This document shows positions 24,901 to 38,032 of a DNA stretch of 64,000 bases, one piece after another. The stretch is taken from contig NMRA01000284.1 of assembly GCA_002633005.1 (NCBI GenBank), forward strand, positions 64,103-128,102, given 5' to 3'. Numbering within the stretch: position 1 is the stretch's first letter; each line of letters starts with the position of its first letter. Below the pieces are notes generated by a model that worked only from the letters and a program-made list of their open reading frames with translations, had not been told where the DNA came from and did no database searches. The stretch is from Phoronis australis. Taxonomy: Eukaryota > Animalia > Phoronida. Both the position numbers and the translations under genes were made by a program.

Positions 24901-27900
24901 TGAAATCATGCTACGGTACTTGAACATTTTCGGAGCTGCATTTTAGGGAGACGGGATTATAGCTTTGGTCATGTATTTTCCTTGATAGCTTTGAACATTT
25001 TCAAGGGTGCTTTTGGTAGCCACATTCTGTAAACAGTAGTAAAAGTAGCTTGATCTAACACTTCTTTTTCCATATGAAAGATATTTTTATGAAATTGAAA
25101 AAGAGTATTTTTAACATTTACTTTCAAAAAGTCATGCTGGTGCCTTTGAGCACTGACTAAACATTCTTTTCTTGATGAGAAATGACTTGAACATCCCCCT
25201 TGTATTTCAGTTTTTCTTCTTATTTTCACTTCATTTCTCCACAAACATTTTTATCCACATCAGTCTAATAGTAGCTCGTTCCCTGATGATGCTCCTTTAA
25301 TAAAGACCTTCTCAACAACTGAATGCTTGTATTTACCCAAATATTTACAAAACTATATACGTTGAATCTGTAAAAGTATATTTTTCTGAAAATAAACACT
25401 GTATAATATTGTAACATGATTTCAATCAAATTTATTAAAAAAAGAATGCGTTCATATCAAAACAACATTTATCAAAATTATGGTCAAATTTCATTTGAAA
25501 AAAATTTTCAAGACGAAGTCTCAAATCATTTCACTTTGTGTTTTGTTCAACTTCAACTCTTGAGTTTGTTCATAAAAATGACAAAAATCCTATTTTTTCA
25601 ATTCTTGTGCAGAGTTAGAACTTTACACTTCATCTCAAAAAACACTTTCCATTAGTGTTCTGGAGAACAGTGCATATTTAGCGTAATGAAAGTTTCATAA
25701 TGAATCCGATCGGTCATTTCTGAAGTATGATGTTTTGAAGTCACGGAACCAAGTTTGGAATTTGTCTAGCGTCCTTCTTGACTTGAGCTTTTCAATCAGT
25801 GTAATGCTGTGTTTTTGTGTATGTGTATGTGGATGGTCACGGTATTGTACTGTCCTTCATATCCCAATGTATTGATGGGTTTATACTGACAAAACTATCT
25901 GGTGCCTCAGTGGCTGGTTGTTATAAAAGCAGAAGGTGTTGTAGGAAAATTTGATTCAAATTCACTGAAACAAATAAGTGTGTACTGCTGTGCCTGGTTG
26001 CGTGAACTAAACCCTAATAGAGACTTGAGTACACTATGTTTCCTAACTTTTCACCATTTGAAGATTTGTACAAGCACTGGTTGCCCTTTTTAATAATGTT
26101 TCATCTTCATCCATTGAGCTGTGATATACACTGAGGGTATACATTGAATTCTTAGTATTATTGAAAATAAGTACGCACCTTTTCATGTAGTCCCTAATTT
26201 AAGGACTAAGGCTTTACTTATTTTCATTCAAATTTAAAGGCCTCGGGTTTTTTCAGATGTGTTTCAAGAAAATGTCATTACTCTAAGAGGAGCTCGTGTT
26301 GAAGATATATTTTTAGAAAAAGATAACATTTTTGAGTTAACAATTACACAAACGAACAGAAGATTTTGGTAACTTGGTTGCAATGAGACAGTGATGACTT
26401 AAGTTTTCCATGAGGTAAATAAGTTGATTTACTGATCAAATAAACTAACACAGATTTAAATTTTTATTTTATAATCAACATAAATGTTAAAGCAACTCAA
26501 AATAACTCCTTGTTCAGGGTCCTTATTGAGCAAAAATTCAAACATAGTGGAAATTCCGTGTCTCCTTTTTGTGCCCTAATTTCCTTTCCGATAATCATCT
26601 CAAAAACAAAAATTGCTAATATTATTTTCACTCACTGAGCATGTCACTATCATTTTCACTGTACAATAATTGAAATAAGTTCCGCACTGCAACACTATTT
26701 CAATCACTTGTCTTGTGAAGCAGAAAAAAAATGTCTTTTCAAACATGGCTTAAGATCATTTTAAACCAGCGTGGTTCGGGCCTCATCAAACTTGGCTGAC
26801 ATATACACTGTGCAACATATTTCAAAGGTAATCCAGCACTGCTGTGTCTTTTACTGTAGGTAATGCATATCAAGTCAAAAACTGACTAAACCTCTATATA
26901 AATCTAATCCCTACTGAGTGTTTTCCCAGTATGCTTTGGCAGTCCCTGCCTAACTGGCCTCCAGCATGTTTTGGTGTAACTATAAGCTTAGTGGCTGCAT
27001 GTAAATTGCTTCTGATTGAAATCAGATAATTGCCATTCCTCCCAGGTCTATTATGAGATTAACTTAGTGAGTACAAGATTGTGAATATTAATCTTTTGGT
27101 ATAAGCCTTGCGCTTTGTGTTACCCACAGGTTTTACTACATTTTATTTCGCGAAATCTGACAACTGCAAATAATATAAAACAAACTGTTTTTAGAATTTG
27201 CTCGTAAACATTTTTTGTCACCATCATATTAATTGTGGGGCCTAAAATGATATCATTATTTCTGAATTCTCAAAGAAAGACCTTATCACAATGGCAAATA
27301 TTTGATATTTTTTTAATTCGTAAATCTCACTAAAATGAATGACGGGATCACAATTTTCTCACTTCCACCGTTTTTTGGACTATTTACATAAAGTAACGTG
27401 AAGCAGAAAAATCGTTTGGTCTTTCTTTCATGCCTTTCATGTACTCCGCAGTTCTGAAGCTTTTTACATGTTATTGCACCACCTTGATCAGATCTATGTC
27501 TTAATGGCCAGCCATATAATACAACTTGTGCACTAATAGCTGTATTGGGGTTTGATCTCTCCGGATAATGACTCGACTCTGATCAGATGCGGTGAATCAA
27601 ATTTACATGCTTCTACATTATGTTTTTGATAGCAAACATTTCAACAAGCTTATTACTTGGTACATATTACCGTGTCATAATTTTTTGTTTGTTTTTTGAA
27701 CGCACGCCTTGAAATTTACACCGAGTAAAAGGCTTAATTCGATTTTAATTTGTTTTTAGCCAGCTGATTAACGAAATGCGGTTTTCAGGGTGAAAATTTC
27801 TCTATTTGTTATTGGGTCAAGCATGAGAGGAAGGAAAGTAAAATGATAAAATTCTGCTATCTAACTTGACACCAAGGCCATTGAATTTTGCCCTGAGCAG

Positions 27901-30900
27901 AAACGTGGTGTGAATACATGAACACCTGTCTATTTCAGGCGAGTTAATGATTTCAGATTCCTCACCTATTAAAATGCATGCGCATAATTAACTAATTAAG
28001 CAAATATTGTGTTGTTTTGTGATGACACATATTACATAACTTTTCGTATGTGAACTGGTTCTCTTGCATCTACACTAGCTCCATTTTATAGTGTGCTCAT
28101 ATATTATGTTATACCCATTTGTCTTTCCGTCCATCTGTCTGTCCATCCGCTTGTCTGTCTGTCTATCTATCTGTCCATCCGTCCATCTTTGTGTTTGTCC
28201 ATCCATCTGTTTATCTATCTATCCATCTGTCTGTCCTTCGGTACGTCTGTCATCCGTCTAGTGTCCGCTGCTGAAACTCCTAAGCCCTTATTGGATGTTC
28301 ATGAAATTTCACATACATGCCCATGGTGAATTGTCAGTTTGGACAGATTCAGCTACTGCTGCGTTCTCTAGTGGCAATTTTATGGAAAAAATCTTCAGTT
28401 TGGGTCACATCTATGGCAGACAGGTGAAATTTCATTTTGTCAAAATTTTCAACAAAAATTACTTCAGAAAATTTACTTTGGTTTTAAGGTAGTTAATATG
28501 GCCTTTGGTTTAATTTTGAGCACTCCAGGCATCAATGTGGTAAATAAGCCTCTGAAAAATAGAAATATGGAATTTTTAGCTACTATTTTTTCCTAAAGTG
28601 AAGATTTTTTATGTGTAGGTTTTGAAGTTATATGTCTATATGTCTATAGAGCTTTGACGAATTTTCATGTGACTTGGTGAATTAAGCTTTTTGTTATGAA
28701 GACCAATTGTCACCTTCGTATTTTCAGACAGCTTCTACTTAATGCGCTCCCCAAATGGCCATTTTGCGTATGTTTTGTGCATCCACTTTTCTATCTACCA
28801 AACCTCATGAAGGATCATTACGAAATTTCACAAGTGTGTTTCTAGGTTACCGTGGCGTGGTGTTATGATGGTGGAAATGCGCCAGTCAATTTTTGAACGC
28901 ATACAACAAGTACTAAAACATCCGAGTGAACACACTGTATTACTAACTGACTTGCCCATAGCGTCACATTTCCGGTTTGAAAAATTGTTATTTTGTCAAT
29001 TTAATTAAATTTGATATTTAGAAATTAACAAAAAAGTAATTCAAAATATCTCATAGACGTAGTAAGTTAAACATTCCAAATTGACAAACTGCGCTCAAAA
29101 AGGTCAAACACTCTGTTTTTACCCTGTCCAGAATGTAGCCATTGCTTTTGATGTAATGTTATGTTAATGTTATGTATGTACAGAGGAATTCTGTTAATGA
29201 CGAACAATACTTTTTAAGACCTTTTGTTCTCGAGTGTGTGTTTATGGAAAGCCAATTGAAAGTAGAAAAAATTCCAGCACACATATTTTCTGTTCAAGAG
29301 TTGAAATTTACACGACCATAAAAACTCAAAACCAGAATTTATCGTGCCTACACATATAAGTTATCGTGCCTACACCTATAAATTTATCATATTAGGACTA
29401 ATTTTGATCTCATCAGGACCCAAACTTTAGTTGCACATCAGGACCAAAATTTAACATGCCTGGACCGAAAAATTTTCACTCCAGAAAATTTTCTTGTCAG
29501 GAGACCTCTTGTCCATCTATCGAGCCACGACATTCCACTGTCTGTAATAATCAGTCATGTTTAAATCTGATGTGTTCAATTGTACAATGGCGTCTGTTGC
29601 GTATGTGGTAGAGACAACTGAAATTCAACCTCTTTGTCATGATAGTATAAGTAGGGAGACATTGTTGAACACTTAGCCCTTGTGTATGTACCGACATCGT
29701 CACTTAGAGGGACCATGCTTGCGGATGGTCATGTGGTCTGCTAGCATGAAAATTTTGTGTCCTGTCATAAAAATTTTCTGTTCTGGCATCAAAATTTTCT
29801 GCGGCGTAATAAATTTTTGGCCCTGGCCTGATAAATTTTTGGTCCTGACGTGTTATATTTTGCTCATGACGTGATAAATTCTGGTTTTGCAGTGTTTTTT
29901 TCTTCAATACTGCAGAGATTTTATATCTTGAATTGAAAATGTGTTTCCTGGAATTTTTTCCTCTTCGACTTTCTACAGTGTTTTTACACCATGGAAAAAA
30001 TTTTGTCTATGGCCAAGTTGAATCCAAACCTGACACAGTGAGCCTTTTTCGTTCTAATAGTCAACTTTTATGATCGTATAATTTATTCTTGTTGGAGCAT
30101 TTGTCACTGACAAGTTACTGGGCTCCAACATTGAGAATCATTTTTCTGCACTGAAAAACGAGCATGAAACTGGTTCTCAAAATATGGGATCTCTGCAGGG
30201 GTGGATCCAGGGTTTTGAGTTGGGGGGGGGCCAGGGCAGCGTATTAGCCAGGATTTTGCCCATCAGACATTCGCATCCCCGTACTGCCAAATGGAATCTG
30301 GGAGAATTTTATGCCCCCCTTGGCCTCTCCTTAAATCTGCCACTGCTCTGTAAGTTACTGCCCATGCTGGTCAAAGCTGTGTATGACGATATCTAATTGA
30401 GTACAGAAAAGAAAAGCGTAAATTTGGGAGCTTTGTGTTTATTTTGCCTTTCTCTAATTTTCAGATTCACTGAAGTATTTTAATTAAGGACGTAATGCTC
30501 TTTCGTCAATTTGGAGGAAAGTAATGGGCTTCATGTAATCTGTTAGTTGATATCTAAGTAAAGGTGAATTAATGAAATAATTTAATTATCTCTGCCTCTC
30601 TGATTACAACAAGGATAATCTTGTCAGGTGGAAATTCAGCATAATTTAAGATTGGTTGCTATGGTATCCAAAACAAGCCCTGTGTGATTTTCCGGTCAAA
30701 ATTGATTTGCTTTAGAATGGTGATAGGATAAGGTATAGTAAAGATTGATTTCTTTGATGATGCAAACCCTGACCCCCCTAAACCAAGGGCTCTTTTGATG
30801 ATGCAAACCCTGACCCCCTAAACCAAGGGCTCTTTTGATGATGCAAACCCTGACCCCCTAAACCAAGGGCTCTTTTGATGATGCAAACCCTGACCCCCTA

Positions 30901-33900
30901 AACCAAGGCTTCTTTTGATGATGCAAACCCTGACCCCCTAAACCAAGGCTTCTTTTGATTGTAACTACAATGTTGAAACTCAGAGAGTGGAACATGAGTC
31001 ACATAAAATTATGGATATTCAGTACATATTTAAAAGCCTTTGACTAAAAGACAAGTTTTGGCAATATTTTTGTCCACATAGGTGACATGACTAAAAACCT
31101 TTCACTTCACCAACAGTGAGCAATGCACAGTTCAAGCTAGTCGTGGTCCATGAAGTAAAAATTAAAAGCTAAGAATTTGAAAAACATTCACTCTTGTTTT
31201 TCCACAAGGTTGATGGAGAATATCAAAAAGGCAATTATTTTTTTTTAAATTGTCCAAAGTTGCTCAATCTTGTGTGTAAAAATGTTTTTAAAATATGAGC
31301 GCCTCCTTCACGATCGTTTGCTATATGTAACTGTTGGTATATATCAAGGGTCTGTGACTCTCTTGTTTGAAATGCTTACATTTTGTTTGGCATCCCTTTG
31401 TCTCACACTATGACCCAGTTGGGGTCCTATAACAAAACATGAAGGACAACTACAGTGTAACTGCATGCAGACCAATGCCTTTCTGCCTATTTGACAAGCT
31501 ATCCTGAAACAATTTGTGAAAGGTGTAACTTAAAATTAGTCAATTAGAGTTGACTTGTCTTAATCTATTCCAGTTCAATTATACCTAGCCTTTCTTATCC
31601 CCTAGTCATCTTGAGTCAATGTCCTGGGGCTGTCTTGTACATTGAACCTTTCCTGTTCCAGTGGTTCTCAAAGTACATCGATTTCCTCGCTGTGTTATCA
31701 TCTAATGGGGCTCAGTGACCTGTCATTTTTTCAATCAAGATTGTGCCATTTTAAGTAAGAAGGAAATAACGTGTTTGCCAGGTGTGAATCCAGCATGTGT
31801 ACAAGTCTCTGGAATTTAATAAAGCAAACTTATACCAAGTTTTTGACTGGATTTATTTTTTTCGAAAGACGTGCGCATGCATTACATATTGACGAATTGT
31901 GTGCTTTATGTGACTGAGAAGCCTTTGAGAATTTATTTTATTTATAAAACAAATCATAGCCATGGTTTGCCTGTTATCAAATTATTTAGAAAATAATATT
32001 TAAGTAAGATGCCAAGGTGTTATAAATTGTGTTAGACGTTATAGTTGGAGCAAAACACTGTTGAATATTTTTTATTTTAATTGCAATTGTACACGGCAAT
32101 GACATGACATCAAGACAAAATATTATGTCTTGGGTTTATTACTAAAGGTATTCATTTTGGGAAAGTTAGTGAAAACGTTAGCCTAACACATATTTACTGT
32201 ATTCAAAATCATCACAGAACCCAGTCAACTCCTAATAATATAATATCTTGTAGTTATGAATCCATGCTTGACGTATTATTCTCTGGTTGTGACATTATGT
32301 CCATAAGGACCTGTTTTGAGAATTTACCAATGCCTTCCCAACTGCTCCAGTAGACAAATGGGTGTCTCGTGTGGGAACTGCGCTTATATGTGAAACTTTG
32401 GCATTGCACCAATATATAAACCACTTGGATAAAAAATTATGCAAAAAAGCATTATTTGGGATTTAGACCCACAGACTTAAAGGTAATACAAAAATATTAA
32501 CCAAATTTCTTGAAAATACGTCAAGGAGCTCCAAAGGAGGTAAACGTAAAAAAATTGCCACCAGGAGGCACAACGGTATTCAAAATGATACAAAGTGATG
32601 CAAAGTGATACCTGGGCCTATATGCACGGGACTTGCGTCAATATATGCGAACCCTTTGGGTAAAAGGCTGCAAAAACATAGTTCAGATATAGGCTCTTGG
32701 CCCTAAAGGCGCAGCAATATGTTAGCTATATTGGTCTTGTTGTTTTTATTATAGAATCAAAATTGGCTCTGCTTCCGTTCATTGAATCTCCACGTCGCTA
32801 CCGTAGGACACCAGCACAGTTCCTTGAGGACGAACGCACGGAACAATCCGTAAGTACGCGGCTAATATTTGGTGTGTGTCAGCTTTTGATCTGAGGTCAC
32901 ACTTTACTGTTATAAAACTAGTATTGCCTACTTGGGTTTAGAAACGATTTCTAGGGTTATGAAGAATTGACTCGAGACCATGCCCATTAAATTGCTTGTC
33001 AAGGCAGATTTGTTTCAGTCGTCCGTAGGCCGGCAGTCATTCCCATCGGGAATAATGTTTGCCATTTTATTCAGTAATCAATTTCGGTTCAAATGAAAAA
33101 GAACACTAGGGCATTGCTGTGGACTAAAGAGCAAATACGACTGTGAAGACAATTGGGTGTTTTTAACACCAGGACATCGTTTATGGCCGCATCAATTTTA
33201 GAAACTGAAAATTGAACACAATGCCCCGAAAAGTTTTTAGCTTTGTCACTGGTGCCAAACTTAAACTTAAACTGTCAATGATACTGAAAAACTAAGATAA
33301 AGTGGTTTCCATTGGTTGTCACTATGCCATTTGTTGAACGCACCCATTCCAGGCTCGGCTATTCAGAATGTGTAGGGAGTAATAAAACAATTGTCTTCTC
33401 AGCCGGGACCATAACCCTTTATTAGGGTGTATTTAGTTACACAGTCTGTTTGGGCTAGGTCACAAGGAACTGATTTCACTGACCTTGCATGTCACTTTCA
33501 AAAGGCCTATGATGGTGTGTGAATGACCCCCATGATTTACAATCATCCCCAAAATTCTTAGCCAATCTGAGAACTAGTTATTCCCTCCAAACCCAAAATA
33601 CCGCCTTATAGGGACGTCATGGCCAGGGCCAAAGTAGCGTTAGAATGGTTTTTATAAGCTTTGACTAATCCTATAAAACAAAATCCATTGTGTTCTTGAC
33701 TGATTTTATTACAAATTACCAATTCTTGTCGTTGTCTACTAGACATTAGCTGTAATCAAGACTGTTGACTCTACTATTTAAATACCTTTAAATACTCTGC
33801 CATTCATCACAGCGACTGCCAATTAGATTCTGCACTCTGGCTCATTACAGAAATACCCTTCTTGCCCATAATGTCCAATATAGTTACTTGGTACAGAAGT

Positions 33901-36900
33901 GAACTTTGAATACAAAAAAGTTTTACGCGAGTCGCCATCATAGCTTAGTGAGTGCAATGACAATACTATTACTATGTGAAGGCTGTATTTCATGGAGTTT
34001 CAGCAATTTTTTTATGACAGCTATGTATTACAATGTTCTTAATCTTTATTTTTTTTGAAAAAAATTTAACAAAATAGAATTTCACTTGTTGGTCATGTGT
34101 GCTAAATATGGGAAGAATTTGCCATATTAGTGGACATAGTTTGTACAAATTATAGTTTGTGCACCTCAGTTCATAACACTATGTACACACGTGAACTTCT
34201 TCAAATAATTTTCAACGTGAATGCTTATTGGGGACGATAATTCATAAAATTTTATGCAATCACTAAAATTACTCATAAACATTTTTAAAAAGGTGTCCAT
34301 AGTCATGATTATTTTGTTTTTCATTCATCGTAGTCCCAAGTAATGAAGTCTAGAGCTTTTTCTTGCTATATTAATTAGGTTACTTCGAATATTTTCTTAA
34401 ATAAAATTGTCATGGGTTTGGTGTTACGGTAGAATTTCAGTAATTTCTGATGAAAATAATTGGCAAAATAACCGTTTTTTGATTTTTCAAGGTTTTCTAA
34501 TGCTGTTGTGAATGCCCGCATGTTTCACAATATTCTTGTGGTAGCTATCGGTACAGAACTTGTACATGGTCACGCATTAATTTGATGCGGCATATCTTTT
34601 ATCAAAAAATCCCAAAATAATATCTCACTTGTCGACCACATTGTGTCCCTAAATTGGTGAGATTCTGTGATATGATTAGCATGACACTTCCTTCCTGTTT
34701 CATTACGTACTGTTCAAATAAATTGTCACGTAATACTTCGCCGCAGGTTCGACCATCTGCAGTACACCGGGATCTAGTCATATACAACCGTGTTCCAAAG
34801 ACGGGAAGTACATCATTTGCTGGCCTGACCTATGACCTCTGTCGCAATAATAAATTCTCTGTTCTGCACCTGAATACCTCGTCACACGTGCTATCATTAC
34901 CTGAACAGGTGAGTTTGATTTCTAATTCCGCAACATGACTTTTGAGAGTTACCTACAAATTACACTCCACTCACCTGGATCACCTGTAGATAGGGCAGTG
35001 CCATACCCTTTGTGTTTCCAATGCATAAGTCTAATCTGCTGGAAATAGTTACAGGCTCATACACTACTTTCTGACCAAGATTTGCACGCTCGGTTGACTC
35101 TGGTGTGTCTTTGTAAATAGGCTTGACTTGCTGCTTGGCTGGGGTAAAGCACCTTCCCTTACATGGTTTTGTTGAAACGAGGTCTGTAAAAGCTTGTTCT
35201 CATAGCTTGAAAGTATGGGCAGTGGTAAACATGCAATATCGGAACATCTTATCTCAGAAATGGCTGATTATATTCTAACTTTCAAATGTCGTGCTTTTTA
35301 CAGTTCTCCAAAATGGTGTTATTTTTGAAATTTTCCACTTTTGTACTTAAGGGGTTGTCAAACATGGAGTTCCTGTCAATTCTCACCTATTTAGAACTGT
35401 CACATTCTAACGTTGTCACTTACCGTTGCTAATAAGTTTTGGTGCAATGATAGATTTAAGACGTGTTGAAGTTGAATTGCATTGATTTATCAATCTTGAC
35501 CGGTTAGAAACCTTTAATAATGGTTAGTTTTGGCAATTATTTTTGTCCATCTAAAATTGGTGAGAATTTATTGTTATTATTACAGTGTGAACGACTTCAT
35601 TATTTTCTGTTCCGGCAATGATGAAGTTGTTTCTGACGTGCTCTAGTTGGAAAACTGCATGGCAATTGAAAAAGTGTACCAACTTCTTCTTGCTTTTCCA
35701 GGAAAGATTCGTTGATAACATCACTCAGTGGACTGCCAGACAGCCTGCCCTTTACCATGGACACTTGGCGTATGTTGAGTTTTCCAGGTAATGGTCACCA
35801 TCCAAGCCCGTAAAAGTGAAAAAGGAATTAATAAGAAAAAACTTGTTTTGAAAAACAAAAATAAATTGCAAAATGCTACTGGAAAGTCAAAAATGTCAAG
35901 GAAGTGCAATTTTTGCACTTTAATCTTCCTCCAATATAAATAATACATTTATTGTGGTTTAAATACAATTATTTCCCTTTTTTGATCATATCTTTTCTAT
36001 CAATTCATTAAACAATGCAATTCATTTGAATTACTACTATATCATTTTGGGGTTACTGCTTGTGTATATTTAACAAGTTAAATTTTATTTCTTGTATTCC
36101 AATTACAATAGACAACCTTTCAAAGAATTTTTTTCACGCATACTTTATTATACAATTAAAAGAGTTGATAAATTTTGTAATTTCTAATTAATTCATGCAG
36201 AAACTTGAAAAATGATCACGTAATTGATAAAGTCACATGAAAAGGTCATATGTTTGTGCATATCTTAATATATGCAACATTTTCTTTAATGTGTTAAACA
36301 TATCACATTTGATGTACCGTAGCCTCTTTATGACTCAAATGTGCTGTGACAGCACAATGTGCAAATTTAGATCTTGCCCAATGTTATAATGTCTTGCAGG
36401 TTTGGCCTTTCACGGCGTCCCATCTATATCAACATAGTTCGTGAGCCCATTGAGAGGATGGTCTCCTACTATTACTTTACAAGATACGGTGACGATTTAA
36501 GACCAGATCTTAAGCGAAAAAATGCTGGAAACACAGAGGTGCGCCTTGGCAATAACTGTTTAAGCAAATTAAAGCTGTATTTTGCCCTGTTCAGCTGGCA
36601 TTGTATTTAATGATTATTATAATATTTTCATTTACTTATAATTTGATTTTACCAAGTAAACGCTTTAATCGGTAGCATGTGTACCAGGTACTTAACCAGC
36701 GGTGTGCTATTCAATGTGTATTGCTCTCTGTACTGCAGACCTTTGATGATTGTATGGCCGTGGATGGACCCGATTGTTCTCCAAAGAATCTCTGGCTCCA
36801 AGTACCATACTTTTGTGGACACCATGCAGAGTGCTGGTCAGTATTGTGGTCCAAATTGTGACCATTTTCACTTTGTGAACTATAGACTGATCTCTTAGTT

Positions 36901-38032
36901 ATTCCACCGGCTTCATCAATGAATACGTGACATGTATTCATTGATGAAGCCGCGGTGGAAATGAGGCCTGGCTGAGGTAGCAGACAAGCGTGATCACTGT
37001 GACGGAGTTGAATAACGAGGCGTCAAACGGGTTCTCAAAAAATGCAACTATTTCCCCGAAACTTCCAAACTGGAAAATTTCATATCATTAATTCAATACC
37101 ATTTTATGTCATTCTCTTCAGTTGACATTCTGCCTTTTAAAATGTTTGGTTTTGTATCCACTTCTGCGCGATTTCTTTCGGAGAAAGTATTGCGACTGTT
37201 GATTTCACACTAATTTCTCTGTATTTTGCCTCACTGTCATTGCCATACACGGAGCCTTAAGGCGAGGAAGTGCTCCACAGGTCTTTCAATTTTGATGTGG
37301 ATTTTGAGTCAGTCGAGCAGACTCTGAATTTGACTTGTGTTGATCGTCGAGAATTGCCAAAATAACTGGTTAGTTCCCAGCTTTTAAATAGCAGACTCCT
37401 TTAACAAAAGCTTTAATGGTCTTGCCAATAGGAAAATCATATTGTTATCTTGTTGGTTTTGAATAGCTGTGCTCAGAACTTGTGAGGTTCATTCATTTTT
37501 CATGTTTTGTTTGACAACCAAAGAAAGTCAGAAGATAAATTACGAGTCATTATGGCGTGTTAATCAAAACATTTACTTCAATTTCACAGGTTTTTAATAA
37601 AAGAAATTCATCTTTTTTCTGTACACCTGTATTCATTACAGGCAACCTGGAAGCAAATGGGCCCTGGAACAGGCCAAGGATAATCTCGTTAATAACTTCC
37701 TGGTGGTCGGATTAACAGAGGAATTGGAAGATTTTATATCTATCCTGGAGGTGGTGCTGCCAAGATTTTTTAGGGGAGCTTCTGAAGTTTTCCGCACCGG
37801 GCCAAAGTCGCATTTGAGAAAAACTTATAAAAAAGTGTACCCGTCTGCAGCGTCCCTAGCTCAACTGAAAGAAACTCAGGTGTGGCAGATGGAGAATGAA
37901 TTTTATGAATTTGCCAAGAAACACTTCCAGTTTATTAAAAAGCGAACTTTTAGTCATGTAGGAGGCAAATTGGTGAAGAAAGGTCAGCAATTTATGTATG
38001 AAAAGATCCAACCCAAGTCACGTGTATTATGA
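21788..38032 (+). CDS. HS2ST1: Heparan sulfate 2-O-sulfotransferase 1, whole gene (7 coding exons, about 361 aa)
   Basis: Exons 21788-21902, 32755-32849, 34747-34908, 35702-35787, 36400-36538, 36739-36836, 37642-38032 join in frame (1086 nt) via GT-AG introns. Type II TM anchor, 5'-[15 protein letters not shown], catalytic YHGH, 3'-[21 protein letters not shown]. Alternative in-frame ATG at 21722. Confidence 0.95.
24241..24495. mobile_element. MITE with about 17-25 bp TIRs
   Basis: AAGGTTATATAGGACCC...GGGTCCTACATAACCTT inverted ends next to TTAA-like sequence. Confidence 0.55.
24710..25400 (-). mobile_element. Degenerate RTE-like LINE reverse-transcriptase remnant
   Basis: Decayed RT motifs in order on the minus strand: EVKIRRK.EIQGGC (GVRQGC-like), LKVNVKNT (LxVNxxKT), and a decayed F.YLG-like segment. 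Confidence 0.45.
28118..28260. repeat. (TCCA/TCTG/TCTA)n tetranucleotide microsatellite
   Basis: Directly visible. Confidence 0.85.
29245..29975. mobile_element. Foldback-like element with long imperfect inverted arms built from about 21-bp subrepeats
   Basis: GAAAAAATTCCAG..CACAT..TTTC..TTCAAGA and AAAACCAGAATTTATC on the left arm match the reverse complement of 29870-29960; repeated CAGGACC..AAATTT units. Confidence 0.6.
30196..30345 (-). mobile_element. Second, internally deleted copy of the hAT5-like MITE
   Basis: CAGGGGTGGATCC...AAATCTGCCACTG flanked by 5-bp TSD CTCTG (30191-30195, 30346-30350). Confidence 0.8.
30751..30959. repeat. Minisatellite, about 5 copies of a 40-bp unit
   Basis: TCTTTTGATGATGCAAACCCTGACCCCCTAAACCAAGG(G/C) repeated head-to-tail with no spacers. 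Confidence 0.95.
32755..32849 (+). CDS. HS2ST1: HS2ST1 exon 2 (stem region)
   Basis: TTTTTATTATAG acceptor, GTAAGT donor; phase 1 to 0 bridges exons 1 and 3. Confidence 0.75.
34747..34908 (+). CDS. HS2ST1: HS2ST1 exon 3
   Basis: [16 protein letters not shown]...LSLPEQ; GTGAGT donor. Confidence 0.95.
35702..35787 (+). CDS. HS2ST1: HS2ST1 exon 4
   Basis: [10 protein letters not shown]...[14 protein letters not shown]. Confidence 0.95.
36400..36538 (+). CDS. HS2ST1: HS2ST1 exon 5
   Basis: [35 protein letters not shown]. Confidence 0.95.
36739..36836 (+). CDS. HS2ST1: HS2ST1 exon 6
   Basis: TFDDC...[21 protein letters not shown]. Confidence 0.95.
37642..38032 (+). CDS. HS2ST1: HS2ST1 exon 7 (terminal)
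   Basis: [15 protein letters not shown]...[10 protein letters not shown]...SHLRKT...YEKIQPK; ends TGA TAG. Confidence 0.95.

Noticed and set aside
30751-30959. CRISPR-like regular repeat
   Set aside because: No unique spacers, eukaryotic context and no cas genes; it is a minisatellite.
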